This document shows positions 12,494 to 27,354 of a stretch of DNA of 64,000 nucleotides, piece by piece. The position numbers were made by a program, and so were the translations under genes. The notes beneath the pieces were generated by a model that made no database searches, was not told the origin of the DNA, and saw only the letters and a program-made list of their open reading frames with translations. Origin of the DNA: Epiperipatus broadwayi (taxonomy: Eukaryota > Animalia > Onychophora); contig JAQFVV010000007.1 of NCBI GenBank assembly GCA_028023455.1, positions 3,534,001 through 3,598,000 of the forward strand, given 5' to 3'. Position 1 is the first letter of the stretch. The number at the start of each line of letters is the position of its first letter.

Positions 12494-13589
12494 AATATAA
12501 ATATTTCATGTTAAGAATGTCTGTTTTGTTCATGCTTATTTTTAAAAGGTTCATAGTAAAAATGTATTAAAAAATATTAATTATTATATAGAAAGGACAC
12601 ACATTTTTTTACTTTTTATCAATATCAATTTCCATCACAAGATGAGAAAAGGCTACTATCTTTATTTGTTTTTAATCTTAATGTGTTTTGTACTAATTTT
12701 TAAAAATATTGGTAATATCAACTAGAATTTTAGTTATTTTCTCTTGAAGTGTAATTCAGTTTTGAATAGTGAACAGTTTTCAATTTATTGCACATAACTT
12801 TTTCCATTGTTATTTCATGATTTGTATACATATTTTTTTGAATATCTGTATTATTAATAAATATATACAAACTTTCCTGTATATATAAATATACACGTTA
12901 AAACACATTATTTTTGTTATTAAATAGGCACAAATAACTTTTAAATTAAAACAATATATATACATACGTACTGAATAGATATATATGTTAAATATAAAAA
13001 ACCAGTTACTTATCTACACAGCTGTTTTGTTTTTTTGTTTGTTTGTTTAATATTTCAATTAGAGGATTGGTTTTCATCAGAAAATACATCTAAATAATTA
13101 TCTTCAAGAATTAAACATTAAAAATCATTTGCATATCTGATGAATTAAAAAAAATCCAGTAAGTTAATAACTTTTTTTTATAGAGTTTAATCAATCAACT
13201 GCACATCTATGGTGATAAATATGTTACTTATTTCCTTATAAAAAGACAAAAAAAGAAAACTATTTTCTTATCAAACTTTACAAAAATTTTAAATAAAAAC
13301 ATTTAAAAATAACTTTCCAATAATAGTTAGTTCATTTTCAATTTTACATATTAAAAATGAGAATATCTTAATTATTTTCTTCCAAATAAACTTTTTTTAT
13401 ATATATAAAAACTTTAAATATAATAGTTAATTCATTAAAAAAATAACAATTCATTAAAAATAATATATATACAGTATACAAAATATATGTTTGCAAAAAA
13501 TTATTTTAAAAAAACCATGAATAGAAAAAATCATGTTTACAAAAATTATTGTATATACATATTAAATAATAATAATAAATACTAATGAA

Positions 13590-14575
13590 TAAAAAATATA
13601 CCATTAGGAAACTCAGTAATTATGGATATAAAATCTTAAATTTATAAATAAAAAATTTAATTTTGTTTTGTCACTCTTGTAGAGGAAAAATTTTATAATA
13701 TGATCATTTTTAAATCATCAATTGAGTCATTTGGTAAACTGAAGTGTTTAGATATTGGTCTGTCTTCAATTTTATGTAATATGTCAAATCTATGATCACT
13801 TATTCTATTATTATATAGACTGTTTGCCCATCTATCAACATAATATTTCAAGCACCTGCTATATTCTATTAAATATATTAAGTTTATACTTTCATAATTG
13901 ATATAATTGGGGATATATTTACGATCATTAATGTTATACCTTGAATCATTTTTGTAACAATGTTTGCATATGAAGCATCTTTTATCTCTATATAAAAAAT
14001 ATTACTTTTCTAATACAAAATTAATAATAAAATTTATTTTGACTAGTCTATCTAAGTTTTTGTGACTTTGATACACAACTTTTGGCAGGTAGAGAAAAAT
14101 AGTTTAGATATTCTGTAGAATGTAATATGTTAAAGTGATTCTACAGTATGTAATTAATATAAGATAAATCATTGTTAAAAGTAAGATGGAACATTTTGGT
14201 GGATACTTTTTTTTTCCTTATGTATAAGTTCCTTTCAATTTCTCAAGATTTTATTACTGCCTTATCCAACAATATTTTACAATATTTCATATTTACAAAT
14301 TTATCATATTGAAGAAATTTTTCATAATTATAAATTCCTAATTCTTAAAAATTTATTTTAGGAGATATTAACACTTAAATTCTTAGGATAGTTAGTATGA
14401 AAGTGTACATAGATATGGCTGCTAGTCAATTTGTTAGAAACATTTGTTCTACAAATTTTATTACCATAAATAATTTGAATATTAAAAAAAATGGGCTACT
14501 CTTTTAGAAAAATTCATTGTAAATTATATATTTTTATTAAAATTATTTATGTCTATATTACACGACCACATCACG
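13590..14575 (-). mobile_element. Degraded Penelope-like element, RT C-terminus and GIY-YIG endonuclease
   Basis: One frame reads INYESINLIYLIEYSRCLKYYVDRWANSLYNNRISDHRFDILHKIEDRPISKHFSLPNDSIDDLKMII (~13700-13910), matching the PLE GIY-YIG pattern. Confidence 0.8.
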
Positions 14576-14579
14576 ATAA

Positions 14580-15320
14580 CACTTGTATATCTAAATCTAG
14601 TATTTCTAAGTATCAAAGTATCAGGTGGATCATAAAAATATTGCAGAATTTAACACTGCAATGAATTTAAAAATGGCACCAAATCATGTCAACATTTTTA
14701 TGGTTAATTGGAGTTCTTTATACTTAGAAATACTAAAATTAAACTTCATATCTAGGTTAGATATATAAACATTTTTATGAGGTAGCTATATAATGAATAG
14801 GAACTTTTTTAATTTTAATAAAAATATATCAATTATAATGTTTTTTTCTAAAACAGTAGTGCACTTTCTTGATGTGAAAATTATTTACAGAAATAAAATT
14901 TGTAGAAATAATGTATATAACAAATCAACTGATAGCTCTAGTTATCTACACTTTCATACCAATGACCCTAAATATTTAAAGGCTAATATCTATTTCCTCA
15001 TAGTCAATTTCTAAGAGTTAGAAGAATTTGTAGTGATGAAAAATTTCTTTAACAAAATAAATTTTTATATAATAATTTATAAATATGGAACATCCTAAAA
15101 CATTGTTGGATAAGACAGTAATAAAATATTGACAAATTGAGAGAAAGGAACTTCTACTTAAGAAAATAAAAAGTAGCCAATAAGAAATAAATAATAATTT
15201 ACCTAATATTAACAACATATTGTAGAATCACTTTAACATTTTACATTCTAAAAAATATCTAAAGTCTATTTTTTCCAATCTGTTTGAAGCTGTATAATTG
15301 GAAATTGTGGAAAATATAGT
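14580..15320 (+). mobile_element. Degraded Penelope-like RT fragment, inverted relative to 13590-14575
   Basis: FLDVKIIYRNKICRNNVYNKSTDSSSYLHFHTNDPKYLK..., then SQFLRVRRICSDE; 14770-15280 aligns by eye to the reverse complement of 14095-14570. Confidence 0.8.
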
Positions 15321-15844
15321 TAATATATACTTGTTGATATGCTTTTTAGTCCTTTGCACTTTAGCAGCGAAACTATTGTTTGTGTTATTGTTGGTTTTTT
15401 TCTAGTTTTATTTAAGTTTGAATTTGGAATAATTTTAATTATACATATGTTAAAATATTTTTGCTGTCTTTTATATATATAAAACTATTATTGCTCCATT
15501 GCAGAATGAACATCTTTCCAAATTTAACCCAGTTTTTCCAACCATAGTTTTTCTATATAACTGCAACAAACTTCCTTATTTCATTCATTCATCTCACATG
15601 TAGTTTCTTTTTGTGTCTTATATAATCTCTTGGGATCTACTTTATGGATTCAACTCTCCATTTATTATCATCTCTTCTAGAAATATGTCCAGCTCATATA
15701 TAGCATGTTTACTATTCATGGATTTACATTATTTATAGGGGAGCTTTGGAATCAAAAAAATATCTTGGTTATGGCAATCCCACTATATTGACAAACATTT
15801 AAATAGGACAATTTTTAAAACATTTGACTTCTGTTCACTTATTG

Positions 15845-16585
15845 AAGCTCCTTTCAGCTATCTAATTTATCTCATATGCTGATACACATGACCACACATA
15901 TGTTAAAAAGATAAATGATCTCCAATGTAGAGATTTCATGCTGAACCAGTACTCACCAGTTCATCCAGATCATCATCTCCCACACATATTTAGTCAGTGC
16001 TCGATTTATATTAAGATAGCAAATCTTCAAACTTTAATGGATAGGCTTCAATCTACTCCACCCTCCAACTCCTCAGCTATCCACACCATTACAAATCTGA
16101 TGATGGAATGTCCAAATCCTTTGATGATGTCAATGTTATTGTGATTTAAAGTCAACATGAGCACGCCAATAATATTAGCATCATTAAGGGATTTGGGCAT
16201 TCTATCATCAGATTTTCAATGGTATGGATGGCTGAAAAGTTGGAGGGTGGATTAGAAGGAGGCCTGTTTATTAAAGATTTGGGCTTGCCATCATCAGATT
16301 TTCAATGGTTTGGATGGCTGAAGAGATGGAGGCTGGATTAGATTGAGGCCTGTCTATTAGAGTTTGAAGATTTGCTATCTTAATATAAACCAAGCACTGA
16401 TTATATATATGTATGGATGTGATGATCTGGGCTTACTGATGAGTGCTGGTTCAGCATAAAATATGAGTATTGGAGAATATTTAACTTTTTCACATGTGTG
16501 TGGTCATGTGTACCGATTGTATGAGATAGATTGGATATCTAAAGGAGTTTGAAAGTCGGTATTCAAATCCCCTATAATTACATCT
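15845..16585. mobile_element. Family B hammerhead-bearing fold-back repeat (two inverted arms; degenerate hammerheads at 15922-15963 minus and 16432-16473 plus)
   Basis: Arms of ~300 bp are reverse complements; internal partial duplication ~16205-16360; homologous to 55355-56342. Confidence 0.8.
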
Positions 16586-17099
16586 AAATTCCAGGGATAT
16601 ACTATTTTGATAAAATACTGAATTTGGTTCTTGGACCATAAATAAAAATAATTAAATAATCAATATCATGCTTCAAAAGAATCACTGATTTAGTTAGCAA
16701 TATTCATTTATTTAAGATTCAACAAGAACTATTACAGCTTTTTAGTAAATAATCAAAACATGTTAATTAATAATGTATATCTTTTGAAAGATTAACATCC
16801 ATACACTTCTCATTTAAGATAACCAGAATTATCTAGAGATGGATATAAGATGTTAATTATTATGTATTTTTTAATCTATATATATACACAACAGAAGCAA
16901 TGCATAAATCTAGCTGAAATCTATATAAAATACCCTAAACCTTCCATAGCCATGAAAAGAAATTTTTTTTCAATGGGCTGCAAAATTTAAACTTTTCTCT
17001 ATTTAAAGGGGGAGTGTAGTTGAAAGAATATAACTATGGTGTGTTTAAAATGTTTTATATATAAACTAATATTTTTTTACAAAACAAATTTTTTATTTG

Positions 17100-19050
17100 C
17101 TTAAAAAGAAAATAATACAAATTTTACTTTTACATAAAGAAAATAAGTACTGTATTTGCTAATTAACAATATTCAGAAATATTTTCACCAGAGTGCTATA
17201 AGAAAGTGATGAGAAAAGTAAATTCAATGGCCAAAGGTTTTTCAATTCTCAGCTAAGAAATGTTAATAAAAACAGCATCTCAATTTGATCAAATAAATGG
17301 AATCATTGTACTCAGTTTTCACTTTTGTGCTTATACATCATAGATTATGTATACGTAAGTGTACAAGATAATAGTGGACCTCAGTACTGAAACATTTAAT
17401 GATTCATTTTTCTCTATGATATGCACACACATATTCACAAAATTACTGCATATTATTTTAAAAAATAATAATTTATGGGAAAAAAACAGCGATTATTTAT
17501 TTAATAAATGTATTAAAATGTGTAAATGGTAATTATTTGAAAAAAGAGATGTAAAATAAAAAGATCAAAAATCATCTGAGTGAAAAGACAAGTTGACTGG
17601 AGGAATGACTTCAAGCAATAGCTTGCCTGGGGTTCCACGTTTATGAATCTAAATATAACTTTTGAAATAACTTAATTCTTTTTCTAATTTATTTATAAAA
17701 GAGAAAAAAATAAACATTATCATGAGATTTTGTTACTTTAAAATTCAAAGATTTAGCCATTACAATTTTCATTTTACTTTTTTTTTTCACTCCTTGAATT
17801 ATCATTTAAATACTATATTTGATTTATCACTTATATACATAGCTTTCGTTTTTTTCACATCTATCTTACAGAAATTAATTAAGTTAAATTTTATTAACTG
17901 AAGGTCAAATCATTTTCATTTTTGTGTCATTAAAGTGTATGAAGAGGTTGATGATGATCAAATGAACATAGTATTTTATTTTCCTAATGGCTCACCTGCC
18001 TTTGAGTAGAAAATTTAACATAAATACATCCAAATCTTTATCCCTTTTCTAAGTGCCTGATTTAATCTTAAATTTATGTTTTTGTTTATACAGACCCCAA
18101 TGTTGATCCTTTCCAATTTATATCTTCTGTTTTATCCAATAAAAAACTTTTTCAAGATCAATGAAATAAATATTAATCTTCCTCCTTTGAACTATATATC
18201 TCTTAACAATACTGAAATTATGTTTCTCATTTCTCTTTACCCTTAAGAAATCAAGTTTCTCAGATAAAAACTTTTCTAATATATCTTAATTATATATTGA
18301 AAGTTTAAAACTATAAATAATATTAATTGATAAGAAATTATACCAAATGTCCTAAAATCTCTACTAAAATTGTAACTGTTTTTACAAAATTCATTGGCCT
18401 TCCTCCTGAATTATAAACTGCATTAAAAATATTACTAATTATTTCAAATTGCTTTGCTTCTCAGATATAACTATTTAATATTTATCAGTTCTTTGCCAAC
18501 TATCTTTGGTTTTTTTCTTAAATAAAGTTGAATTTCTTCCTTCAGTATAGTTTAGTAAGATATCCACATTCACATATTTGAATCAAAAACCATCTGGATA
18601 TTCAAAACACAAGAAAATTATCAAACCCTATATATGTTTCAATCATTCATATAATAGTATTGATGCTTTTAACAATATTTAAAAATATATACTACAGTAT
18701 TTAGAAACTAGTATATACATTAAGACATCAACAAAAATAATTAACAGATAATATATTTGTATAGTATATGTTTTCACTCATGCATGATGCATTGTCTATG
18801 TGCATTATGCCATTAACCTGGTGACTTCCAATAAGTATGACTATTCTAATCTTACAGTCATAAACAAAGTAGATAATGATGGAAATGATTGAACCTAAAA
18901 TGGGTTATATTTTCCATTCACCTTTACAAAATCAATTCTAGAGATTCAAAATAGGTTTTCCCATCCAGAAGTAATTTATTTTTAATTAACTAATGATAAA
19001 GGCATGTATTCACAGCTTTTATTAGGGTGCCATCTTAACATGTAAAAAGA
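17100..19050 (-). mobile_element. Highly degraded LINE RT relic (CR1/Jockey-like)
   Basis: Only faint motif remnants, e.g. a QGSVLGPL-like segment near 17375-17400; many stops. Confidence 0.3.
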
Positions 19051-19393
19051 AATCTTACGAAAGGAATAACTTTCACTCCCACTAACATTTGGCATTTTCT
19101 CAGTGGTTAAACATTCTCTCTCTCTACTTTTATATCAATACAAAAATTATAAGTGCTAGGGTAAATATTTGAAATGAAATTTGAAATATAAAATGCCATT
19201 GATAACTTTAATTTTATAAAATTAATTAAAAACAATTTATTTATATAATTAACTCATACAAACAAAATAAAATTATTTCAGAAAGAAATACAGTATTAAT
19301 ATGCATTAACCAGCACACTCACACACACACAAAATAATAATTAAATAACTACTAATATATTTGTAAAAAATGCAATAAATGAAATATAATAAA

Positions 19394-20280
19394 TATGAAA
19401 GGGATGGGAGGCAAAAAAATTAATTTTGCAATAAAAAAAATATTTTTAAATGTTACAAATTGAATCTCCTTCAAAGTACTACCCATTTGATGCAATGCGC
19501 TGGTCTAAACATATTTCCAATTTTTGAAGTACTGAAATTCTTGCAAACTGATGCTTTTTAACATTTCCATTATTTTTTTTCCCTACTTCTAAGTTCACAA
19601 AACTATGGGGGGGGGGGAGGCATTTTGTCATTCAAAGAAATAAAAAGAAGTTGCATGGGGTGAGGTCAAGTGAATATTTGCTGTTGGATAAGATGGGCAT
19701 TGCTTTTAATTAAAAATTGTTTCAAAGTTAAGACTTTGCTTTGTCATGGTGAAGCTTGCATTCCCCACTTTATGACAAATCAGAACATTTTCATTTCACC
19801 ATATCATGCAAATATTTCAAAACTTGTAGGTAAAATACCTGTTCATTACAAATGTATTCTGAGTGAACAATGCCATTGGCATTAAATAAAAATCAGCATC
19901 GTTTTGATATTGCACTTTATTCACCATGCTTTTTTGACATATGGTGAATTTGACATTTTCTATTAACCCATCTGCAAATTTGTGTTTTCTCCAGAGTAGT
20001 TTGCTTGTAAGCTAATTCAAGCATTACAACTGTTTTCCTTGTCATTTTCTCTAACAGATAACAGAATTTCAAATTCCAATTTTCAGTCATTAAAAAAATT
20101 GACAAACTTACTTAACGAAACATTTACTATGTGGAATCATGACTTCAATCAACGATAACAGTCAGCAAACTGATGCAGCGGTGTTCCTGCAAGAAACATT
20201 TCATAGTAGAAGCATATACTACAACACACTCACTCCCCAGAGACCGAATCCATGGTTTTTAGGGTAACCCCTCACATGTA
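19394..20280 (-). mobile_element. Mariner transposon relic, internally deleted
   Basis: N-terminal LKFCYLLEKMTRKTVVMLELAYKQTTLEKTQICRW; catalytic remnants GIVHSEY, LHHDKA, SLDLTPCNFFLF; C-terminal YFEGD; degenerate TIR-like ends. Confidence 0.8.
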
Positions 20281-20799
20281 TTCATTAAGGCCTTTTCTTT
20301 TCTTAAGTTTTAAAGAAAACATTTTATCATTATAATAAACTAACCTTATATTAATTGTATACTTATATAATCATTATAGACACATCATCCAATCTATTAA
20401 CATTGGTACAGCTACTTAGTTAGTAAGTTAGTAATTTGTTCTTTTTGGCAATCTTTTGTAAATATTCAGGGCAAAGACAATGATGGGGCACACTTCCTTT
20501 CATAGGCATGGATGAAATATAGATATTTATGTCAATGTTATTTCTAGGGGAAGATTGTCTCCGAGCTAAAAATATAAAAGCTGAACACATTAAACTAAAC
20601 AATGTGCAGCAAAAAATATATATAAATACATCAAAACATAACATTTATTTGCACATCTACATATAAAATGGTTTATTTATATCTGAATCTTGTAGAATAT
20701 AAAAATAATAATAAAAGTCAATAATAATAATTAGTTCTTTATTTTTTTTATATCATTCTTTAAAATTTATTCAAATTTTATGAACTTTTGTCTGTCATT

Positions 20800-22450
20800 A
20801 TCTGCTTTTCTGACAAGATAAAATGCTTAATTTTTATTAAATTATCCAAATGAATTGGTTACATAATCTATTAAAGGATTTTGATTTTATCACATTCATT
20901 AAATAAAACCATGTTTCCAATAGCATTTACTAAAAATTTTAAATTACCATATTGTTCTAAAATTATATCTAAGCTTATATGCTTTTTGTCATTATTTATT
21001 ATCAAATCATGTTTTACAAATAAAAGTTTTAGACTATCTTCCCCATGCTCTACATTTAAATTATTTTTCATTACAAAAAGATCCAAGACAATCCAATCAT
21101 TTACATTCTTCTCTGGGAATCTATTATACAAATGATTACAAAGTAGTTGAATAAATTTAAGTATTGGGAAAATTTCTATATAATCATTGGAATCTGAAAT
21201 TATTCTTAAGTTTAATATTTACTTTTGCAAATTAATGTGCCTCCATCGTGGATAAATTAGTCTTTTGCAAAGTTTTGTTAAATGCTGATAATCTGCAAAT
21301 ACATTTTTAAAAATCCAATATTGTGACTTTTTAAACAATATTTTTTTAATGGGTCATTGAATTCTTCAATTTTGTTCTGTGAAGTAACTTATTAAATTGT
21401 CATAATTTTTTACCAGAGCATTTATACAAAATATCTAGATACTCATCTTATTTCATTGAGAGGTCTGAATGAAATAACGTCAATTTCTAAAATGTTGAGT
21501 AATTCTTTGTTTTTCAATTCTTGTAGATGATCTAAACATAGTGTATAATGTTCTTAAAAGAATTTAACTATTCTTAATAAATGGAATCTGTTTCCTTTTG
21601 AGATCTTCATTGTGAGCCACACAGTGCTGTTGAACTAGATGTGAAATATCATTTCAAAGTCAAGCAACCACATCATGTTTTTCCTAACATTAGAGACCCC
21701 CTGCTAGAGATAAACAAAACCATTCTTTTTAAATCAAGTATTTCTCTCTATAAAACTTTTTTATCCTTATTACAAAAGAATGTCTATCACATGCAATATG
21801 CTTAATAATACTAACAAATTCTGTCTAATAGCAGGATTCAAATTTTGATTTGCATTATATATATATATATATTAGTAAAGAAACATCCACACTTTCATCT
21901 ACTATCAAACAATGAAATGATGTTCAAATTTCATCAATAATCTCCTTATGTTTTACTAAATTTATACATTCAATACATTCAAAGAACTAATTCTTGCTGG
22001 GCCATGATTCAAGAATGTCCTACATGATTATGTATAGATTGCACAGAATGTATTGATGGTAATTGTTAGGATAACATTACATATTAGAACTTTAATCATG
22101 TTTTTGCTCATTTTACGCATTTAACATTTTCTAACCTGAGATTATTATTTTATGGTTTTTCAGCTAAAGAAAATTCCTTTAATGCTTTTATTTCAGATGG
22201 AAATAATTGAATCAGTATAAACTTTTTGACTTAAATGTCACTTTAAATAATCTATTTTCCATTCAACTCCTTTTTATCAATAGTAAATTCACTTCTTGAA
22301 TTTGACTGCCTGCAAATTTTACAAATGACATCTTTTATACTGCTCTGAAAATTAAAAACATCTCCCAAGTTTAATAATTATAATTTTTTATGACGATGCC
22401 ATTTCAGTTTCAAGATTTGGAGTCATTCTGTATTTAAAATTGTCCTTACT
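20800..22450 (-). mobile_element. hAT transposase relic (ZNF862/KIAA1586-like type)
   Basis: LIVDESVDVS (~21880-21906), LVQQHCVAHNEDL (~21601-21638), C-terminal ORF 20871..21131. Confidence 0.6.
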
Positions 22451-23263
22451 TTTAGATTGATTCAATAGAGAACTTGATTAACATTCTGAATGTTTTCACA
22501 TTTATATATTGGATGATTTTTTAAAACTACAATAATAATAAAAAAGTCCCAATGCACTCAAGCTGTGATCTTAGTTGCATCACATGTCCTGCCATGGCAA
22601 GGACCAGTATAGGAAAGGCAGTGCTCAATCAGTTCTATTATATTTAAGCCAAAATGTAATTGTATAGGAAACTATTTTTAGTTGTTTTGGTCATGGGAAA
22701 CTAAGACTATTAAATTGAAAGCCCCATAGCAATACCTCTACCCCTACTGCATGTAAAGATCAATTCTATTTAATAACCATTTTTATCAAAAAAATTTCAT
22801 TTGGATTCAACTTTATGGATGAATACTTCAAGTATCAAAATGTCCAGAGTGCACAGAAGCCACTAAACAGTGCATAGACTTTCAAAACTGCTGTGCAATT
22901 GCACAATGTACAGCTTAGAAGAAAAATTGGTTGAGGTATTTATAGATCATAATCTAGGAATCTCAAGACTTGGCAACGTATACATCATTCAAAACTGATA
23001 TATGTTTGTCAAATTAGCAATGTACATTCTTCAGCTTGTTCACAAAGGAATGAGTCAGGAATAGTTATTTATTTCTTTAAATCATGATCTACTTTTGAAG
23101 ACATTTCTTTGCAGGATAGGAATATATATAACTCAACAAGAATTATAGATAAAAAAAATAGCTTTTCATAAATTTAGTAATGTAAAACTAAATTTCCATG
23201 AACTGTCCTCTACGAATAAATACAGTTCTCTCCATTGGCAGCTTTTAGACTGAATATATATAT

Positions 23264-25083
23264 TATAACAGGGCTGGATTCAAACCCTGTTCTAAAGTAG
23301 GGTAGTATATGAGCACGCATATATATTTAATCAAAATTGATATTAAATTCAATTATTTCTTTTTGTGTGTGTGTATGTTTTAAATGGGAAAATAAAACTA
23401 GATTAAAACAGAAGAGGGATGGGGGTTATAGGGTTTGTGCTCTTGTATTTTGTTTAGAAGCACGTGTATTTATATTGCTGTACGGATGAATAAGTGTAAT
23501 AAATTTACTAAAAGAAGAAAAATTACATGGCCAAGTTTTATTTTCAAGATGGAAGACGGAGTACAGAATTGTTAAAAAGATATGTTAAATGTAAGAAAAG
23601 AATTAAAAATGTATAGATTGCTATCTTGATGGATAAAAATTATCTTAATTAAAAGGAAATTGTTTCAAGATGGAAGATGGAGTACAGAATCGTCAAAAGA
23701 AATATGTTAAATGTAAGAAAAGAATCAAAAATGTATAGATTGCTATCTTGATAGATAAAAGTTATTTTAATTAAAAGGAAAATGTTAGTAGTAAAAGACA
23801 ATGAAAGGTCGAACGTGGATTTTCAAGGTGTTGATTAAAATTCTAAAACATCAAGAAAGAAATGTTGCTAAAAGGTTTTTGCAAACATAAGAATACCACG
23901 TGGTTTCATTGAAAGAATAGAAAGAAAAAAGAAAAAGGAACAATAGTGATTAATTAATGAGTTTTGAGAGTCGAACTTTGGCCGACATTCTAGAATTATT
24001 AATTCTACTAGCAGTATCGCAAAAATATAAGCTTAAAAATTATATATAACCATCAGCCATAAATAGGCTGGGGTAAGGACCAAAACGAGCCGGGCTCTGC
24101 CAGCCATCCTGTGGAGATACTACCGATGCCGTCTACATAGGAACGAAGCCCCTTCTAAACCATAAGCAGAATGACTTTCACCAAAAAACAATGATCCTGC
24201 ATTGAGGAATCGATGGAGAGACACCAAAAAGGCACCTATTCACCATGTCACAGTATCAAGCAAACAAACAGTGCCATTCATCTACACCCCAGGGGGGGGG
24301 GGAAATCAAGGTAATATGAAGTTTCTTAAATGCTATTCACCTCGTAAATAAGAATTTATTTCCAATAAAATAATAAAGCGTAAAGGCTAAAAAAAAAGAA
24401 AAAAGAAATCTTTGATATATCGCCAAACGTAGTTCTATGGATGAATAAACTAGATAATGACTTATTTCATTTGTTTTGTATTCTATGATTTATCTGTTTT
24501 ATTATATTTATGTATCTATGGAGTATATGTGTTTGCATGCGTTATATTCAAATATTAGAGCACAAGCCAATATATAATTATTATGGGATTTTGTTTTTTT
24601 AACATTAATGATTGTTAAATCTTTGTTTTAAATATGAATGTGTGCATTCAGTGTTGACTTCTTTAAATTTAGATCATTTCATAGAGATAGATAGTAGTGG
24701 TAAAAACAAAAAGATCATATATTCAGAGAATTGTTTATGCGTCTATGTGCGCATTTTCTCCCCCCGTATCTTTCCCACGGTTAATAACCACCAGCCCTGA
24801 GTGAGCTAGCCAGAGGCAAGAGCTGTCTATTAAAAATTGATACTCAATCTCTCCCAGAATAATTCTTATTTACTTGTAGATAGGATTGGTGCTTGGAGTC
24901 AATAATTGATGTCCATAAATATGCTGGGCAAGCAATAAGAGTAACGTGCGGAACTACTTATATATATATTTGTGTTATAATTTTAAGAAGACAGGCAAAA
25001 AAGAAACTATTATATTTTAAATACATAAATATGCGGTATGTTATATACATGCGTTATTCGCACAGGTAGGGTACCCCATTACA
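23264..25083 (+). repeat. 5' LTR (contains internal ~120-bp tandem duplication ~23545-23785)
   Basis: Direct repeat of 27355-29165, roughly 90% identical by eye. Confidence 0.9.
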
Positions 25084-25449
25084 ATTGCGACCCAACTAAG
25101 GAGCTTTCAAAGAATGGAGAGTGGGGGGAGTACAGAATATAGGTTAAATAGAAGAATTATATATAAAAGTTAAATATAACAATTAAGTATATCAGAAGTA
25201 TAAGAGTTAGATAACAGTCATAAAAAAATTAACGTAGAATATTGTAATTGTTCAGTGAATTTTAAAGAGAGATCAGGGAATAGGTTTGGAGTGGGTTAGA
25301 AAGGGAAATTAGACAGGTAACACAGTACTTCGGGGACAGAGAGCAGGTCCAGTGCATTTGATGTAGAAAAAGTAGACACAAAATTGTTGTAATTAGTCGG
25401 TATTAGAAACAGTGAAAGATATATAGAAATAAAGTAAAATAAAGCGAAT

Positions 25450-26291
25450 GTGAACAAGATCACAGAAAAAAATGTATCAGCAGAAGAAAAAAAAGGAGGG
25501 AAAATAAGCATGATAGAAATTATTATGGAAAAAATTGAAAGCAGATTCCAGGAATTCGAGGAAAGGTTTGAGAAAAGATTGCAAGAGTTAGAACAGAAAA
25601 TAGAAGGGAAAGAAGATAAGTGTATAAGGAAAGAGAGCGAGAAAGAGCCAGTAGAGGAAGAAAATATAGATAAAGATGAGAAATCTGGTGGAAAGAGAGG
25701 AGAAAATCAGTGAGGGCAAAGAAGAAAAAAGCAAGAAGATAAGATAAAGGTAGCAAAAATAAGGGCAACTATGATGCAATATGTAACGGTGCAGGCCAAC
25801 ATAAACCAATTTCTAAAGATTCGGCCATTCTCCGGCCAAATGGGCGAAGCTCCCATAGGGCACTTACAGAGCATGAGGAGATACTTCAATATCAACCCGA
25901 TGGCAGAAGAAAGCAAAATTACAATTGCGTGCAACAATTTAACCGAAAACATGCAGATATGTTGGGATTCGTATTGCAACAACCCACAACATTCTAAGAA
26001 TACCAGAAAGTGAGGTATATTTTTTGGTCAGAAGATCGACAGGAGTTAACCAGGTATCGGGTTATGCAGGAGAAGTATAGGGAAGGGGGCCAAGAAAGCT
26101 GTTGCCAATTTTTTTATTGGCAGGTGGCAAAGCTGCGGACGGTAGACTCATGCAACTTAAATGAAAGCAACAATATACGTATCATAAGATATAACTTGCC
26201 AATGAAAGTGGAACAAATGATGCTAGAGATAAGAAAAGCATCAATCGAGGAAACGGCTGAGGTACTAGAGGCAATAGATGAGTGCATATGA
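25450..26291 (+). pseudogene. Disrupted retrotransposon gag (coiled-coil N-terminus plus capsid-like region)
   Basis: ORF pieces 25450..25713, 25771..26013 (IRPFSGQMGEAPIGHL...ESKITIACNNL...ICW) and 26010..26291, separated by a stop and a frameshift. Confidence 0.7.
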
Positions 26292-27354
26292 TAATAGGCC
26301 GATGGACCGAGGAAGAGCCTCACGGTGCACAAGTTGTGAGATTTGGGGGAGGAGAAAAAAGGTCAGATTGGAACCCACCAGATCCCATTAGGGTATAGTA
26401 GTACTCATCCAAAATGGCAGTACGATCGTGAAGAGTGGAGACCGCCGAGCAAGCCAAATTATGAACAGAAAAATGTGTAAACGAACACTGATTCTGGCAA
26501 GTTTTTTTTTATATAGTTTTATTGCTAGGTGGTAGGTTTAATAATTATTGTATTTATGTGGGATGTTATATAAAGTTAAGTAGATGGAAAAGTAGACATT
26601 TTTTTTGGGTATGTGTATACAATTTTAATACTTTTTTGTGTGTGTAAGCTCAGAGTTAGATAAGTTGTGGCTGTGGGAGGGGAGCGGTCTTGCAATTCTG
26701 TCGGTCGATGATGAGGTTGGCTGTTGGATCAAGCACGTTGTGTGTTGCACACTGTATATAGCTGCTGCTATTTACTGACTTGGTCAACCTATCTAATGTA
26801 AGATGCAGGTGCTAAAAGTCTGTTAACTCAAGCTGGTAAGACTCCAAAGAGAGCATGGCATTCGCATACAGTCCCACCTGTAAAACTCCAGAGGTGAGCA
26901 AGGTCTAGGGCAACCTATACTTAACCTGAAGATTCAAAATAAGAGTCGGGTATTATTTTAACTATCTACACTCCTCAGACTCGGAAGCAGCAGAGTGTAA
27001 TTAGGAAAGTCCTACCATTAAAAAAAAAAATTTTTTTTATATAATTTTTTTTTTGGAGGTCGCGTAACCAAAGCCAGTCGGAATAGCGGTTAGCTGTATG
27101 TTATACATCACAGGCAGTGTGCGCATGAGTGGTGGTCGGACCCATTGGGTATCATTGGTTTGTTGATTGTTTTACTTCTTAGTTCCAAAGTTGCAGGGTG
27201 GAAAAGTAAATAAAGTAGATTTGAGAATATGCACATTAATTTGTGTGTGTGTGTTTTTCTTTTTGTTTTGCTTGCAATTTTTTAGTTATTTTGTGGTTTA
27301 GGAATGAGCTATTCAAATACTAAAATGGTATTTAAAAGCTTTCGAAGAGGGTAT

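Noticed and set aside
16085-16310. Second, opposite-strand hammerhead in family B (CTGATGATGG...)
   Set aside because: No GAAA at the right spacing and no stem I or III pairing in any of the copies
20112-20173. Inr-like TCAGTT plus GTAAGT donor suggesting a minus-strand first exon
   Set aside because: Lies between the mariner 5' TIR and the transposase start, so it is better explained as transposon 5' UTR
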